Shown here one piece after another: positions 36,401 through 50,430 of a stretch of 64,000 nucleotides of DNA. Source of the stretch: Camelus ferus (taxonomy: Eukaryota); the NCBI RefSeq assembly GCF_009834535.1, contig NC_045696.1, forward strand, positions 79,734,001 through 79,798,000. Direction: 5' to 3'. The translations under genes were made by a program, and so were the position numbers. Below the pieces are notes generated by a model. It did no database searches. It saw nothing but the letters and a program-made list of their open reading frames with translations, and was not told where the DNA came from. Position 1 is the first letter of the stretch; each line of letters begins with the position of its first letter.

Positions 36401-38949
36401 AAATAAGATTTATTAAATTGAAATAAATAAATACATGAAAAAAGTAATTAAATTATTTGTAAATTAATTAAATCTTATTAATAAGTAAATACAATTTGTT
36501 ACAGTAAATAAGATTTACTTACTTAAGATTTACTTAAATAATCTGTAGGTGTGCCTTTCAAGAGTAAGCATTATTACATGGAATCAAAATTAAGACAGTA
36601 AAATTAAATTCCTTTTAACAGAGAAAGAGACTTGGATATACTTCTGTTGGAGCTGCTGTTTTTAAAATGTGTTTGAAAATACAGATTTGAAAATACTGGT
36701 CTTGCTTTTCTTCAGGCACCTTTAGTTGTTACTTATTAGGATGATAGTTCCACATGTTAGTTTAAAAGTTCTTGGCACTCAACTCGGGCCCGTGTTACTC
36801 TGCTAGAATAACTTTCCTTAGGAAATTCCAATTCTGGGTGTTCATCTGATTTCACATGCATGAATGCTTCAATGCACGCCTACCAGTTATCACTTAAATT
36901 CCTATTAGCCAGCATGACTCAAGCAGAAGAACTCAGTGCTGTCTTTAAAGATCACCTAAGTTATAGTCTGAGAAGACATTGTATTGTCACCCCCTTCCAA
37001 GAAAAGTGTGCATTTATCTTGTTAGAAATCAGCTCTAATTTGTTAACGTGAAGGTATAAGGAGCAAAACTATGACATAATAACCACTTCACAAATCTGTT
37101 CAAGAGACATTTGGAAACCCAGGTTTAAATCGTAGAAAAAAAAAAAAAAAACAACCGATTGCAATAGTCCCATGGCCTCCACAGTCAGCCCTCAGCATAT
37201 ATTCCCAAATGTATCTAGTCTAATGTAGGGAGGGGTATCTGTGTGTGTGTCTGTGTGTGTCTTTGTGTGTGTGTGTGTCGGTCGGGAGTCCATGGGATCC
37301 TACTTGGATAATGAGGATAATAGAGGAGAAACACATAGAAGGCATCTAATCTCCTTAGATATTGGGGGCAAGGCTCAACTAAAGACTCTCAAAAGTTCAG
37401 ACCGCAGTTAATTTCCTCATCGTTGATATTCACTAATGTAGTTAATGGTGACAAGAACATGATGGTAAACATGAGTCATTACCAGACTGAGGAACAAGAC
37501 TTGATATGCTTTTAAAATCATAACATCTATTAATTCAAACATTTCGAGCTGACTATGAATAGAATCCATTCAGATGTGGCTCAAACATTCATTGGCCAAT
37601 TCCATGAATACAGAAAAGGAAGTATGATCTGCAGTTCATAGAAGCTTCTCACGCAGTTGCCATTTCTTCCCATTTTCCTCCTAGAAATTCTGCCTTCCAC
37701 GGACCTTCATGTTATTCTGTCTGTTGTCAAAGAATTTGCTCAGCCAGTACCCACATTAAACTGGTCATCTGGCTTTGTCTTATCTCCCAATAGCAGGTGA
37801 CTACCTCTGTTTTCCACTTATCTCTCCACCTCCCTAATTCTCAATATTTTTTCATTCTTCCAGATCTTTCATATCAACAATATGCTCACAAGAATAATGG
37901 GACAGAGATGAGTTATGGGGGGAGGGAGGTGGAGTTTGACAAAGGAGCCTGATTCTTCTCTTCCTCCAAGCTTGATAACACTGCTTCACTCCCGGGATGT
38001 TCATACCAGGAGATGCTGCCCTATGCTGGTATAGATGTAAAGTGAGGGCAGAGAAAAATCCTAGTCCTTAAAATCTGGTAGCATAATTCATTGAGTGAGC
38101 TCTTAAGTCTTCACTTCTTCTAAAGCTGGAAAGTGGGAATGCAGAGAGGGACTGTTCATATTTACCAATCAGAGACAACTCAGTAATGATTTTAAATAGT
38201 TTCTTTGGGTAAGTATTTAATAAAACTGAAGCTTGATTCTCTCATGTCTATCTCTCCAACTCCAGCAGTTACCCTTTTCTTTCTCCTTCCCACGGCAGAG
38301 GACAGGGGAAGCCTACTCATCCTCACGGCAACCAGAATGGGAAGGGGCCTTGTGTCAATGCCTTCTCTGGTTCTCCTTGACTTCTACCAATACATCCTTC
38401 TTTTCACCTTTCCCCAGGTTTGAGTGCTGACCGAAGGACACTTGATCCTGGGTCACTGATCTGGCCATCAGGTCATCATATCGACCAATTAACGTATCAA
38501 ACAGTTGCAGTGAGATTGGGTCATAAAAGAGCAACCCTAGAAGGGTTTTTTTCCCCTTACCATAACTGAACTTTTAAAAATTATGGTAACGACAGCCAAT
38601 AATTTCTGCATGTCCATTGCAGCTTCTTCAGGTTCTTTAGGGCCTCTGAAAACACAGGCAGAGAATCTCACACTACCCACCGTACACACAGTCTGATCAT
38701 TTCCAAGCCACTCGTATGAACTGCATTTCATTTGTCTTGTGTGGTTTTGCCTTCCTGGAGAGTTTTGTAGAAAAACACCTTCTGCCTTACTGTCAGATTC
38801 TTTCCCTGCCTCATCACTTGTATTTTCACGCAACAGAGAGATCGCAGGTGGGGAAGCAAGAGGGCATGTGTTTGGGAAAGTTTACCTTAGGTAAACTCAA
38901 AGTTCAAAAACTGGGAAACTTCAAACTGTCCTGACTGGTGATTTCCTTA

Positions 38950-41900
38950 ATGTAGACCTTTTATCAATATATAACGTATATTTAGAATACATAAATTGTA
39001 AATGTACAGCTCAATGTTTTTTTTAATCAAGAGAACACACTTGTGTGACTGGCTCTCAGGTTAAGATATGGTGGTACCAAAAAGCCAGGAACTCTTTCGG
39101 TGCATTTCAGTCATTACCCGAGAGTAACCACTATATACTACTCTCAAGAGTAACCACTCTTCTGACGTGTAACACCACAAATCAGTTTTGCCTACATTTG
39201 ACCTTTATTGAAGTAAATCATACAGTATGCATTCTATTGAATCTGACTTTTTTACTTAACGTTTTGTGATATTCTTCCATGTGGTTGCTTGCAGTTCACT
39301 TATTCCCACTGCTCTGTAACATTTTTCCATTGTATAAATATTACACAATTGGTTTATCTTTTCTACGATTGATGGACATTTGGAATGTTTTCAATGTTTT
39401 ATCTTTATGAATAGCCCGGATGAGAATATTCTTGCCCATATATTGTGTTGAGCACATATATGCATTTGTGCTGAGTGTATAGGGGAAAATTTGTCTAGAT
39501 ATAGCGTGGGAGGAAGTAGACGCTGCCAAATAGTTTTCCAAAGTGGTTGTATCAATTTGCATCCATATCAGCAGTATGTAAGAGTTCCAGCTACGCCATA
39601 TATCTGTCAACACTTGATATTGTTTCTCTTTTTAATTTTAGTAATTCTGGTGGATTTGTGGTTGTATTAACCTGGCAATTCAATTTGCACTCCCTTGATG
39701 ACTAATGAAGCTAATAACTTTTTCATAAGTTTACTGGCCATTTGGAGATTTTTCCAGTGACATGTCTACTAAAATTTTGGGCCTATTTCTCTACTGGATT
39801 ATCTGCCTTTTTCATATTGATTTAAGAAAGTCCTTTATATATTTTGGATATGACTTCATGTCAAGTATGTGTTACAAATATTTTTCCCATTCCCTGAATG
39901 GCTTTTTCATTTTCCTCAAGGTGGATTTTGATGAACAAGAATTATTACTTATAATCCAATTTCTTAGTTTTTATGTCCTGACTAAGAAATCTTTGCCAAC
40001 TCCAAAGTCATGAAAATATTTTATGTTTTCTTCTAAAACCTTGAAATGTTATTTTTTTACATTTAGTATTGCAGTGCATTTGGAATTTATTTTTGTGTCA
40101 CATAAGGTAGGAGACAAATTTGGGTTTTTCCATTTGACTTAGTCAAGCACCATTTATTAAAAAGACCATAATTTCCCCCATTCCATGGTAGGGTCACTCT
40201 TGTCATAATTGACCATTTATGAGTGGGTCTATTCTGGATTTTTCATTCTGTTCAAGAGGTCTCATTGTTCACCCTTGATTCAAAGCCATATTGCTTATTT
40301 ATTATTGCTTTATAATAATTCTCACTATCTGGCTTATTAAGTCCTTCAGCTTTGTTCTGCTTCCTGTTTAATTTGGCTATTCCTGGCCTTTTGTATTTCC
40401 ATATAAAATGTGAAACTTAATGTGGCTTGACTTATGATTGAATCATGGTCAAACTGGGTAAAGCTTCCAAGTGCACTTGAGAAAGAACGTATGTTCTGAT
40501 GTTCTTTGGTGCAGGATTCTACATGTATTAATAGATCAAATTTGTTACTTGTGTTGGTCAGAGCTTCTATATCCTTAAAGGTTTTTTCCTATCTTTTCTT
40601 TTTTTGTTTATTCGTCTTCTTCCTTTTTTTTTCTTTTTTGGCTGGGGAAGGGGACGGGGGAGTCTGAAATTCCATCAGCTATTGAGAGAGGTATGTTAAA
40701 CTTCCCTCTGTGATTGAGGATTTGTCAATTTCTTTTATTTCTGTAAATTTTTGCTTTATGTACTTTAATGCCATTACTGACTGAATACAGATTTAGAATT
40801 GTGCTGTCTTCTCCTTGTATAGTCCCCTTTTTATTATGAAATATCCTTTTGTGTCAGTTGAGGTATAGTCGGAGATCAGAAACTACATTCAACAGATTTA
40901 CTACAAAGAATTGCTAACTGGATTAAAAAGTGGTTGACTACTAAAAAGAGTAGAAAGAGTATAATCTAAGGATTGTAGAGTTAAAGCCTGCAGCTAGCAA
41001 GCTCTGCCCCTTAGGGCTGAGAGAAAATGAACAAGAAAGGAATCTGGAACCTTAGAGGAGATCCTTCCAGGTTAGGATTCAGACCTCTGAGAAGGCATGG
41101 TGATCCCTGGAACTCACTGCCAGCAGATGGTGACTAATGTTGTATTCACTTGCCTTGGACCTGGAAGAGCAGCAAAGCTGGGATAATAAAGAAACTGCCA
41201 AAGGACATCTGCACTGAACAATGAGGGCAGCCACTGCAGAGATAAACGCTGCCTGGACCCCTACAAAACTGCCTGGATCCCTACAAACCTATCCACCTGC
41301 TACCAAGAGGAAAAATCCCTTCCTCCTCTTACAGCCTGTGGTGTTTCTCCAGTACCCTCTATGGGCAGGGCACTCCAGCTGGCTAGAAAACAGAAATGGA
41401 GTCTACAGAACTTGGTTCCATAATTACAGGTCGCCAGATACTGTGGGAGCTGAGACAAAAAATTACTAACTGACACACCTTCTTAATGGCTAGAAAGCTT
41501 CTTGCCATAAAGTCTACACTGTCTGATAGAAGTAGAGCCCTCCCTTTCTCATGGTTGATGTTTGCATGCTGTTTCTTTCTGCCTAGTTTTATTTCCAACT
41601 TTTCTGTGTCCTAGTATTTAAGTTGTATCTCTCATAAACAGAATATAGTTGGGGTTTGTGTTTCTTTGAGTATGATAATCTTAGATTCTTAATTGGAATA
41701 TTTAGTACTTTTGAATCTAAAATGATTACTGATATATTTTGGTATATATCTGCCATATTGCTACCTGTTTTTTATTTGATCCTTTTTCTTTCATTTCTTG
41801 CCTTTTTTGAATTAATATAACTATTTCATTTTCCCTATATTAAGTTGTTAAATGCTCACTTACCATTCCTCACTTTTACCCTAGAAATTAGATGAATCCT

Positions 41901-43300
41901 TGACTTATTATAATTTAATACAAATAATTATTTTTATCAAATTTCTAATAATTTTAGTTCTAAAATTAGAATACTTTAACTCCACTTACCCTCTCTCATG
42001 TTTTATACCATTGTTGCCATTCTTTTTAACTCTACATGCATTTTAAACTTGGTAGACATACTTCTGTTACTGTCTTAAACAGTCAACTCACAGTCAATAT
42101 TCATTTTATATGTATATTCACATATTTCACTATTTTTCCTCACTCCTCACCACAGTTCTTTCTTGGTTGTGCTTTAGTCTCACTCTGTGCTTACAGAGTT
42201 CCAACTATACTTCATGTTAGGACTTTTCTCTGTGCTCCGCAGATCTCTAAAGTTCTTTCATGTATTATCCATTATTTCACTCCTCTGCTTAAGTTAGGAT
42301 ATTTTCTACTGACTTTCTTGAGTTTACTAATCTTGTCTTCTGCTACATCTAAATCTGTTGTTTAATCCACTTTATGAGTTAATTTCAGATAGCATATATC
42401 TCACTCCTAGAATTTTCATTTTATCCTTTTTTACAGAATCCATTACTCTGGTAAAATTCTTTATCATCTCTCCCTCTATTTCCTTGAATACATTAGAGAT
42501 ATTTTAAATTCCTTAGTTAAATCCTATATCTCGATCACCTATGAGTGTGTTTTTATTGTCTACTTTTTCTTTCAATTTTGATTGTGCTATCTTGGCGTGG
42601 TTTGAGGCATACTTAATAATTTTTATTAAATGATGAATATTGTACAGAGAAGATTGTAGAAGATCCAGATGATGTACCTTCCTCTATAATGTATCCATCC
42701 TTTCCTTCCCTAGGCAGACAACACAATAGTTCATCTTAATTTAACCGGGGACTGTTCCATGTTGAGGCTGGGTTGCAGCCCTGGAAAGAGATTACCTCTA
42801 GTTCACTCTGGTTCACAAGAGTTTTCAGCTGAAAGTCTGATGCTTCTTTAAGGCCATTCCTCCTGGGGGTCTCACAAGACTGCCAAAACTTTGTATTGTT
42901 TTTCATAGGCTTTCTACTTGAGTCTTTAGCATCCTACCCCATGGAGCCCCCAACTGGCATTTTTTTTTCTGAATAGTAAATATCTCTGTGCTTGGGCCCC
43001 CCAGATACCTACTCAAAACTACTGGTTTCTCCATCACCCAGAGGTGCTTCTCCCTCAATGCAATGCTAAGATTCTCAGCCCTTTCCCCACACTGAATTGG
43101 CAAATGTCCCCAGGATAACTATGGCTGTGAAAGTCAGCTCACTTCCATGAAGAAGTTATACCTTATCCATTTCTCATTGGCTTCTAGCCCTCCAAGACAC
43201 TCAAACTGATGATTTGGCATTTAATCGTGCTTTTCTGCTTGTTTGCAACAGAAATTCTGATCTGCTATAAACTATTCTACTCCATCCATAAGCAGAAGCT
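38950..43300 (-). mobile_element. Old L1M element antisense in SPATA16 intron 1 (3'UTR, ORF2 pieces, ORF1, 5'UTR; internally deleted), interrupted by an LTR
   Basis: T-rich antisense L1 motifs ttgatggacatttgg, ccaaatagttttccaaagtggttgtatcaattt, caagcaccatttattaaaaagacc, tgcacttgagaaagaacgtatgttctg, cagctattgagagaggtatgttaaac. Confidence 0.75.
40850..41477. mobile_element. ERVL-type solo LTR (628 bp) inserted in old L1
   Basis: Perfect 10-bp inverted termini TGTGTCAGTT / AACTGACACA, with flanks CCTTT / CCTTC (5-bp TSD, one mismatch). Confidence 0.7.
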
Positions 43301-46300
43301 AACGTGTAACTGAATTGTTTGAATGATATATTTTGGCAGGTTCAAATTCTCAAAATAGTAATTTTAAAAGTATGGCTTTGTTTTAAAGTTTGATATGCAT
43401 CAAAACTTTTTTTTTCTCCAAGAAATTCTTTGATTTCATGGTTCTCTTTTTCTGAGATCAACTGGGAAAATATTAGTGGGTGATTACACAATCAGTTTTA
43501 CATATTTTTCAACTCTGTAAACCTGTAAATCTTCATTAAAGGTAATTGAAATCTGATTGAAAAAATAAAAAATATGTTTCAAAACTATTTTGATATCTCC
43601 TCTATCTTAATTCCAAAATTAATTTCTCCCACAGACAAACACATTTCTGTAAAACAAGTATCATTAGTTATACTAGAAAAAGATTCAGAAGAAGTCTTCA
43701 AATAATAGTACAAAAACTATAGAAGTAAAAGTTAAATTATTATTTTTCTTTACTGATTTTATTTTTGATGGAGGGAGAAGGGGCAGTGTAGCATGGATGG
43801 GAGGAGAGACCCGGGGTCAGGGGTGGGGGTGCTCTCTTTGCCCCCTTACCCACTTACATCCCAGAGGAAAGTAGAGGGAAGCTGGCTATGCCTTGGCATG
43901 AGGCTATGTGTTTCAAAACTGGGGATGGGGGTAAGAGAGAATCTGTGCTTTGAGCAACCTGAGCCAGAGGCAGAGGGATATTGGAGGGATGACGAGAGGA
44001 TACATGATGCTTATTGCTTTGCACATTTCACTGGGAAGGAGGGCAGCAGCCAACAATAGCTCACAGGTGTACAAACTGGGCCCAGTGGCTTCAAGAAGGG
44101 GGCAATGAAGTCAAATTAAATATGAGTCATTGGTGAGAAAAAAAAACATAAGCAAGTATACACAAGATCTACATAGTTCCATTTGAAAGTACTTCATAAT
44201 TACACTATCTTTAGTAAATTATCAAACTAAAACACTTGTAAAAAATCAGGTAAACCCTACTTTTGGCTCAGATGTTTATGATGTAAAATGGCTTGGCAAG
44301 CACAGAAAGATAAATTGTTTATCTCCTAATCCTTTCTCTCAGCCTCTTTTTAACTCCCTCTCTCTCTTTCTCTTCTCTGCCAGGTTCCATGGTAAGCGCA
44401 TACAACATTGTGCCATTAATCCTTAGCCAAATAATACAAAAAATCTTATCCAACAGTTTCTTAAAAATGACCCTTTTCCTTCAACGTCTAAAAGAAAAGA
44501 CAGCTTAGGAATTATTAAGTTAAAATGTATTGTAAACATACTAGAAAATAATAAAATGGCAACGGTGGTAACTCTATTATACAATATGTTTGGAGATTAG
44601 GGGATGTGTATGTTCACCCTCTACCTGTTTCTACCCCACCCGAAAACATACTTTAGAGATTTATAATGATCTTAGGTGAAAATAAATATCCAGGTGAGCC
44701 TCAGGGAAAAAGAATCTAGGAGCACTCTCATGTTTGTGCCTTAGGTTCTACCTGTGAGGTAAGAGCGATGAATATCAATTGTTCATGCATCATCCATGGT
44801 GCACCCATTGTATGGATTGTGCACTACTTGACTGGTTATGCGTGATAACAGCGGAAAGTGAATCAGCTATCCTTGCTTGCAATGGGTGCTCTCCTATTTT
44901 GCCAGTTGTTCTCCAGGACACAAAATCCTCAGGGAACAAATATCCTGAGATTCAATTTTTATGCAAATTTTAGTTGCCAATTTGTTGACATTTGAGAAGA
45001 AAAATGATTGTGCGTGTGAGCATGCATGTGCATATAAACAAAGTTTCACAATGTAAAGCAAAGCACCAATTATTAAATGCTATTAGTATGCTTTATGTAT
45101 AGGTGTTATGTTTATAACTTGTTCATGACATAGTATATATCATATATTTACCATCACAACAGCTACCCTTTGTAGAGAATTTATTGTATGCCAGATGATG
45201 CATTTGTTTCTAACAAATGTTTTTTTTTTTGTTAATCCTTCAATCATCCCTATGAGAAATGAACTGGATGAGAAAACCGAGATTTGTCCAAGTAAATTAA
45301 CTTACTGAAAGCTCCTTAGCAAAGAAGAATCAGAGTTATGATTTGAACTCATATCTCTTCAAGTCCAAAACACACGTCCTGTCTATTATGCTACTTCAGT
45401 TCTTGAGCTTGGAACACCCTCCCAGGAAAGACGGATAGCAGCTCTGAGCTTTTACTCCCAGGCTCCTGGGAAGCACTATCCATTTAATTCATCCTTATAA
45501 TCCCCCCGGAAAGAACCCAGCATTTTCACCCAGTAGGAATTCAACCAGTGTTTGTATACTAAATGGATGAATGAATGTCTAATAATAATACATTCTTATA
45601 AACTTCTTTTTTTGAGAAGGTGAGCATATAGACCTTAAAGTGTTCCTTAAGCATCAGTAGCTAATGCAGCCTGTCTTCCTGTCAGACTGTTTCATCGGTG
45701 CCAGCCCAGGTACCAGTTTTACCGCAGCAAAATAAAGTATACAAATGCACTGGCTCGGTGTCAGCATGGTCAGGCAACCACTTCTGTCAGACTCCCCTGG
45801 AGTAGAGTGACCTTGGACCTCTCAGGGCACCAGCAAAGTAGCATTACCAAAAAAAAATTTTCCGGAAAAATCTAGCATTTAATATTTCCAAAAAGGTAAT
45901 TATCATAATAGCTGAAACTTGTTGAACTTTAAAAAATCTATTTTATAGTTTGGTATTGTTTTAGGGAGTTGGAGTGGAAGAGTCAGGAGGTGGTGCATAT
46001 AATACACTGTAACCATTTTAATGCTTTGGACCTCTTGTGTTTCTAATACAGCCCTCCTGCTTATTAAATATGAAGATTTCTATGATCATTCCTATATATA
46101 GTGAACCAAAATTTGTTGGGCCTGGAACCTCAGAGCCTTCAGAAGAGCATTATGCGTACTAGCGTAGGATCGCCCATCAAACCGTGAACTCCTTGAGAGC
46201 AGACGTGATATCTGGGTCAACACTGCATGCCAGTGCAGACACAGGTTATGACACAGAGTCACTGCATAGTCAGTCAGTGAATGAATGACTGAATGAACTG

Positions 46301-46739
46301 ATGAATTCTTAAGGTAGATTTATTAATATCACTACTGTATAATCCACCCTTATTTGCCCACTTCATGCTATGAATTTTTGCTTTCAGCTAATGAGGACAC
46401 TATGTTTTTAACAAGTTGGTTCTGATTACATTTAAAGTAATGTGGGTATGATGGAACCTAGAGCCTTTACACCAGCTTCATATGTGCTGTTACCACTAAA
46501 TAGGGCTATGTCCTCTCTCGCCCTCCTCTCTAAAATGAAGAAATTGAAGTAGATGTGCCCTGTGATTCCTCTCTATTGCTAAAAATTCATTTTTCATACT
46601 TAAAAATGCCGGTTTTAAAATAATGCAATGTCTATTATTTAAATTTTTTAGTATGCTTTCACTTAATTTGTGTTTCTTGAAAGTATAGGTTTTCCTTTAA
46701 AAAAAAGGGGGGGGGGGAACACACAGTGTCAAAAACCAC

Positions 46740-47765
46740 AAAGTACTGCAGAAAAAGACAGACTAAACGTGATTGTATCAGATACTTTAGGAGTGACCAA
46801 CCCTCCATCTGAGCATTCTAATATCCCGTGAATTGTAAAGGGAAAAAATCACCATTTTGCAGTCATCATAGCTAAGACTGGTACAAGCAAGAATCACCAG
46901 TGGATGCTAAATCGAAGAGGGAAGTTTGATAAGGAGCAGAATAATTGCATGGTCTCAAAGTTCTAAGTGTCTCCCCATAGACTGCTGATAAAGTGCATCA
47001 GGGAAATCCTTCTCTAGAGAAACTGGATAACAGCTTGACCAGGTGATTAAAATTGGCATCACCAAAGAAAGACAGATGACATTGTGCGCCTCTGAATGTG
47101 ATACCCTGAGAAAGAGGCAACGTCATTTTATAGTATTCTGACCAGGGCTGCTTAACCTGAGTCGAAGCTGTGGAAGTATCATTACCCACCAAATCAAGGT
47201 AGAGTCTACAGAAGAGCTGGCTCATACTCTTCAAAAAGCCAACACCTTGGAAAACAAAGAAAGCCAGAGGAACTGTTTCAGAGTAAAACAGCCTAAGTAG
47301 ACGTCACAACTGTATGCAACACATTATCCTGGACTGGATCTTATACTGGAGGGAAAAAGTACTAAAAGGATCTTATCAAGACAACTGACAAAATTGGAAT
47401 AGGAACTGTAGATTAGGCAATAGTGTTGTATCAATGTTAACATCCCTAGATTTGATAACTGTTTTGTGTTACATAAGTGAAATATCCTTGAGCTTAACAA
47501 ATGTGCACTGAAGTAATAAAAGGTGATGAGATATGATGCATGCAACATGCTGACAAATGACTCCGAAAAGAATAAATAATATAAATGTATGTATATGTGT
47601 ATGTGTGTGTGCCTCTCTATTACCTGTCTCCACTACATACATTAGGGAGAGAATTAGAAATGTGGGGGAAATGTTTAAAATTGGTAAATATGGGTAAAGG
47701 GCAATTGAAAATTTTCGATATTCTTACAACTGGTCTGCATTTTTTAAATTATTGCCAAAAAAAGT
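46740..47765 (+). mobile_element. L1MC/MD-type 3'UTR fragment
   Basis: tcaccagtggatgctaaatc, cttgaccaggtgattaaaattggcatcacca, atcctggactggatctt, ttgtatcaatgttaacatcc. Confidence 0.65.
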
Positions 47766-48889
47766 TCATTGGTTTGTTTTAAGGATTCATTTCCCACCTC
47801 TGAGTTTAAAGACATAACTTTAAAACATTTTTGAGAACACTTAAGAATTTAAAGGGTAAGTCAAAGAATAAGAAATCTTCATGGTTACCGTTCATTAATT
47901 GTATGACTTTCTGCAAATAAAGCACTAAAGACTGCTCAATATATGTTTCTTCATTTGGAAATTGCAATTGTGATAACCATTTACCTTGTGCATTATGGTG
48001 GAGGCAGTGGAGTGAGAGAGCAAGAATTCGGAAAGCTGCAAGATGTGGCTGAAAGCACTGATGTGTTGTGTGACCATGAGCAGGTCATTTCACCTGCAGG
48101 AGACTCCATTTCTTCATCAGCAAACTGAGAAGATTAGATTAGAGTTTATTGGGAAACTTCTCCATCTCTGCCCTTCTACAATTCTGAGTTATAATTTAAG
48201 AAATAAAATATTAAAGTCTAATAAGTAAAGACTATATCAACAGAATTGAAGAGTTGGCCAAAGTTAGAGGGAAATTTTTTTTTCTTTACACAGCTGCATA
48301 GTCCCTGCCTCTTAAGTAAACAGAGACTTGGATTACCTTTACAGAAGGACAAAGCAATGTTTGCAAAGATGCAGAACTTTCTCTCAGGATGCCAATGAAT
48401 TTGGCAAGCTGATTGCATGTATGTTTCAAGAAGAAATGTAGTCAAAGGTCTCTGAAGTACACAGAAACACGATTTGCCCTATCCTCATACTCCCCCCCAA
48501 CACCACATGAGTTATTTTTTTTACAATCAAATTAGATTGGATTTTACAGAAGTACCATTGTATCCTCATGGACCACACTTGTAAAGATACCAAGCTGTAT
48601 CATTATCACTTCTCCCCCAAATTCTGATTTTTCTGACCCTTTTGGTTCTGAATGAGCCACACTTTATGTCAACAAAGAATCAGAGAAATAATTTACTCCC
48701 TAACAAAGACTAAAATAAAACAGAGCAGGGTAGGTGCATCATAAATATTGTCGACTTAGAGTAGCAAAGAATAAAAACAGAAAAAAAAAAAAAGAAATAA
48801 AGAATAAGGATGCCATAGAATCTGGAGAAGTTTTCTGCAGGGAAGTCAACTTGCAAAAGCTAGCTTATATTTAGGTAACTTTCAACCAA

Positions 48890-50430
48890 AATGTCCAGTC
48901 AACAAATATTATTGTGTAGTTACTGTATGTCAAGCCCATTCTGGATATAACACAGTGAATTAGGCATACATGGTTCATTCTCTCAGTGAGTTTATATTCT
49001 GGTAGAGAAAGGTAGATACAAATGAAATACATATATGTAAATTTATCTGTGATGAGCGGTATGGTTTCAAATAGACTTTAAATAGATACATGACTGAGGA
49101 TAGTTACTTTAAATTATAGGAGAAAGTTTCCTTAGGAACAGACATGTTAAGCTATGAGCCGAATACCGTGAGAAAGACAGTAGAGAGAACATTCTAAGCC
49201 AACTGGTGCAAAGGCTCCCAAGCGGGAACGAACTTGTTAAATTAGCAGAACAGAATCAAAGCCAGGTGGCCGGAACATAATAGACAAAGAAGGCAAGACA
49301 TGATGAACTTTCAGAGGGGGCAGAGGCATAAGGGATTTGTGTTCTATTCTACGTTCTATGGGCAGCCATTTAAAGGTTTTAAGCAAGAACATGGGAGGAT
49401 CTGATTTTCATTTAAAAGGATGACTCGGGCTGCTGTGTGTGAGAAAACAATTGCAATAATCTGGGCAGGAGATCATGGGCCTGGAGGATATCACTATGGA
49501 TATAGGAAGAGGTAGACCTTTGAAAGAAAAAGTCAGTAGGATCTCATGATGGATTGGAGGATGAAATTAAGAAAAAGAAAGGAACCAAAGATAATTTGTA
49601 AAGTTCTAGCCTGGCCAACTGGAATGGAGAAGACTGAGAGATGGGCAATTTAGGATAAGATGAGGTTTAAGAGACCTGTTTTGAGCTTGTTCATTTTAAG
49701 ATGCATATTAGGTAATCCAAGCAGAGATGTCATAGACACTGGGGTATACAATTGTGAATTTCTGGGTGTATTATAAGGGCTGGCGTTGTAACACTGGGAG
49801 TGAAGAGCACATGACAGTGTTTGAAGCTATAGGACTGGACAAGATCACCTAACCTGAGAATATAGGTGGAGAAAGAAGTGGCTCCAGCTGTTGGGTGTAA
49901 CAGAAGAGGCAGATGGAGAATGAATGGCCAATGAAATAATAGGAAAATAAGAAGAGCACGATGCCATAGAAGGTGAGAAGATAATGTTCCACTAACGAGA
50001 GCATCACTTGTGAAGAATGCTGCCTACAGGTCTGGCAGATGAGAGCCTAGGGGTGGCAACATGACAGTCACTGCTGATCTTTGTTAGAGCAGTCTTCATG
50101 GAACAGGAGGGACTGAAGCCTGAAGAGTGAATGGGAAGAGAATATGCAATGAAAAATTGGAGACAAAGAATAGAAAAATTATTTCCAGTCATTTTGCATG
50201 GGAGGGGAGCAGCAGTACGGGAGAGCAGCAGGAAGGCAATGTGGAGGCAAGGGAGCTTACTTGCTTGTTTTTCTTAAAAGGTTGCTAGATCTGTGTGTGC
50301 ATTAACAGGATTAATCAGGTGAGGAAGAGGTGCAAAGGAAATATGACAACTGCAGGAGCATAGTGGATGAGAGGATGGAGATGTGGGATCTAGACAAAAG
50401 GATCTCGGCTTTGAAAGAGTGGAGGCATGT
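48890..50430 (-). mobile_element. L2 LINE fragment, antisense in intron 1
   Basis: tcaacaaatattattg...tactgtatgtcaagc, tgcaaaggctcc, tttaaaggttttaagca, tttaaaaggatgactcgggctgctgtgtg. Confidence 0.75.

Noticed and set aside
36390..36545. Repeated taagatttactta-like units in very AT-rich sequence
   Set aside because: Low-complexity slippage with no regular repeat-spacer structure, so not CRISPR-like or a defined satellite.
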